Assembly (NCBI RefSeq): GCF_000315625.1
Contig: NW_005434647.1
Span: forward strand, 675,807 to 739,806
Origin: Guillardia theta CCMP2712
Lineage: Eukaryota > Protista > Cryptophyta
Reading direction: 5' to 3'
DNA length: 64,000 bases
Shown here: positions 62,794 through 64,000 of the stretch, one piece after another
How the letters are laid out: every line of letters begins with the position of its first letter
How positions within the stretch are numbered: the stretch's first letter is position 1
Notes under the pieces: model-generated
What the model saw: the letters and a program-made list of their open reading frames with translations, nothing else
Databases searched by the model: none
Told to the model about the DNA's origin: nothing
Position numbers and translations under genes: made by a program

Positions 62794-64000
62794 CTCAGAG
62801 GCCTGGGTGTTGGCTTGCATGAGAGGATTTGTGAAAAAAGACCACAAGAATACGAAACCAAGGTAACCATGCCAGGAAACCACCCCCAGCCCTTGAACGA
62901 CTAGGATACACACTAGACAGCAGCGCCGGGTCATTTACTGGGGCAAGTCTGACGAGACTATGCCACGGCAAAAGATGATGGGATGTCCGACATCATACAA
63001 ACATGAAATTGAAATGCTTGGGATGTTTTTTTCTGTGGGTGCAAGAAAGGAGAGCATCTCACCGCATGGCGCCCCTGCATCCAACAGTCTTCAGCATGGC
63101 CGCGCTCGTGCTTTTCCGCTGCCTACGGTCTCTATATACTGATCAGAAGGGTAGGGATGCCTCCAATACCGGGTAGGGGTAGTTGAGAACAGCCGATATG
63201 GTAAGGGTGATAAATGGTCAAGGAGGGGGTGAGGGTGGACTTTTGGTCTGGTAGATAGAGCCTTTTGGACACCCTGTTACTAAAATGACTGTTGATTTTA
63301 CCTTGTGAAATATTGACTGAAAAATATTATTCAAATAAAACTAAAGTAATGAACTGTCTGACTAAATCAAGAACTATGGAGGGCGTTCATCGAATATCTT
63401 TACCTATGTGGTACCACATTCGAAAACTATTTCCCGGTACTTTGGGGAGAGCTTGGTTTCTTAGGCAAGGGTAGGGTGTTTCAAGGTCCATCTTGGGGTA
63501 GGGTGGAAACTCGGGGAGGGTGGGGGAAAATGGTTGGTATACGATGATAAGTAAAAATGTTCAGGATGTTCCCTTAAAGTAGGGGTACTTCAACAGGTCA
63601 AGCAGAGGGTGGGATGAACCAAAAAGCAGTTACGCATCTGTAACCACTCTACCGACCTCACACCACCCTACCACACCTCGCATAATTGCAACGCATAGTA
63701 CCCCCTCATTTGTTTACTAATCTTGGATTCAATTCCATACCCGTAGGTACCCCTACCCACTCAATAAGTCTGAGTGACCCGACCTTGAACTTACGGCTGG
63801 GAGTCGCCCGGGCGCAAATCGGAGTACCTTGCAACACAAGGGCAGTACACTGGCCTCCAACTTGACGCGCCCGAGGTTGATTGAACTCAGTCAAGTTCAA
63901 AGATCAAAACAGAGGCGGCGCTGAAGGCACAAGGGTCACGGTGGCTGTGACCAGCGGCTGGCCCGGCACCGTCGGGCCGGGGCGCGGCGGGCACTGCCGC

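Noticed and set aside
61348-62904. Long plus-strand ORFs opposite OAT (similar shadows over AhpC, MED24 and the amidohydrolase)
   Set aside because: They are antisense shadows of GC3-biased coding sequence.
63150-63780. Telomeric repeat array
   Set aside because: The G-rich words are irregular, with no tandem TTAGGG/TTTAGGG units.

Overview
Gene-dense, intron-rich eukaryotic nuclear DNA, most consistent with a cryptophyte-type alga (inference from bipartite plastid-targeting leaders with a Phe after the signal peptide, many ~33-55 nt GT-AG introns with a (G)CTGAC branch motif, and RWP-RK, Zn2Cys6 and bHLH regulators). About 20 protein-coding genes are recognisable: an FBXO7-like F-box protein, a bHLH/PAS-like factor, a plastid-targeted PP2C, a BLTP3/UHRF1BP1-like lipid-transfer protein, a coiled-coil protein, two near-identical inverted AhpC/TSA genes, a 2OG-Fe(II) oxygenase-TPR protein, a TauE/SafE protein, a TRIR-like protein, MED24/MED5, a triple Zn2Cys6 factor, an AtzA/TrzA-like amidohydrolase, MRE11, a YqgE/AlgH protein, a palindromic RWP-RK gene pair, a kinesin-PH protein and ornithine aminotransferase. 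There is also a decayed P-element-like transposase, many microsatellite-filled introns and one 100-N assembly gap. The most unusual signal is a set of recurring GC-rich intergenic 'patchwork' islands full of short palindromes. The two arms of the RWP-RK palindrome show these islands growing by many independent 4-25 nt insertions, often with tiny flanking duplications. All identifications are by-eye motif recognition, and exon boundaries are approximate.
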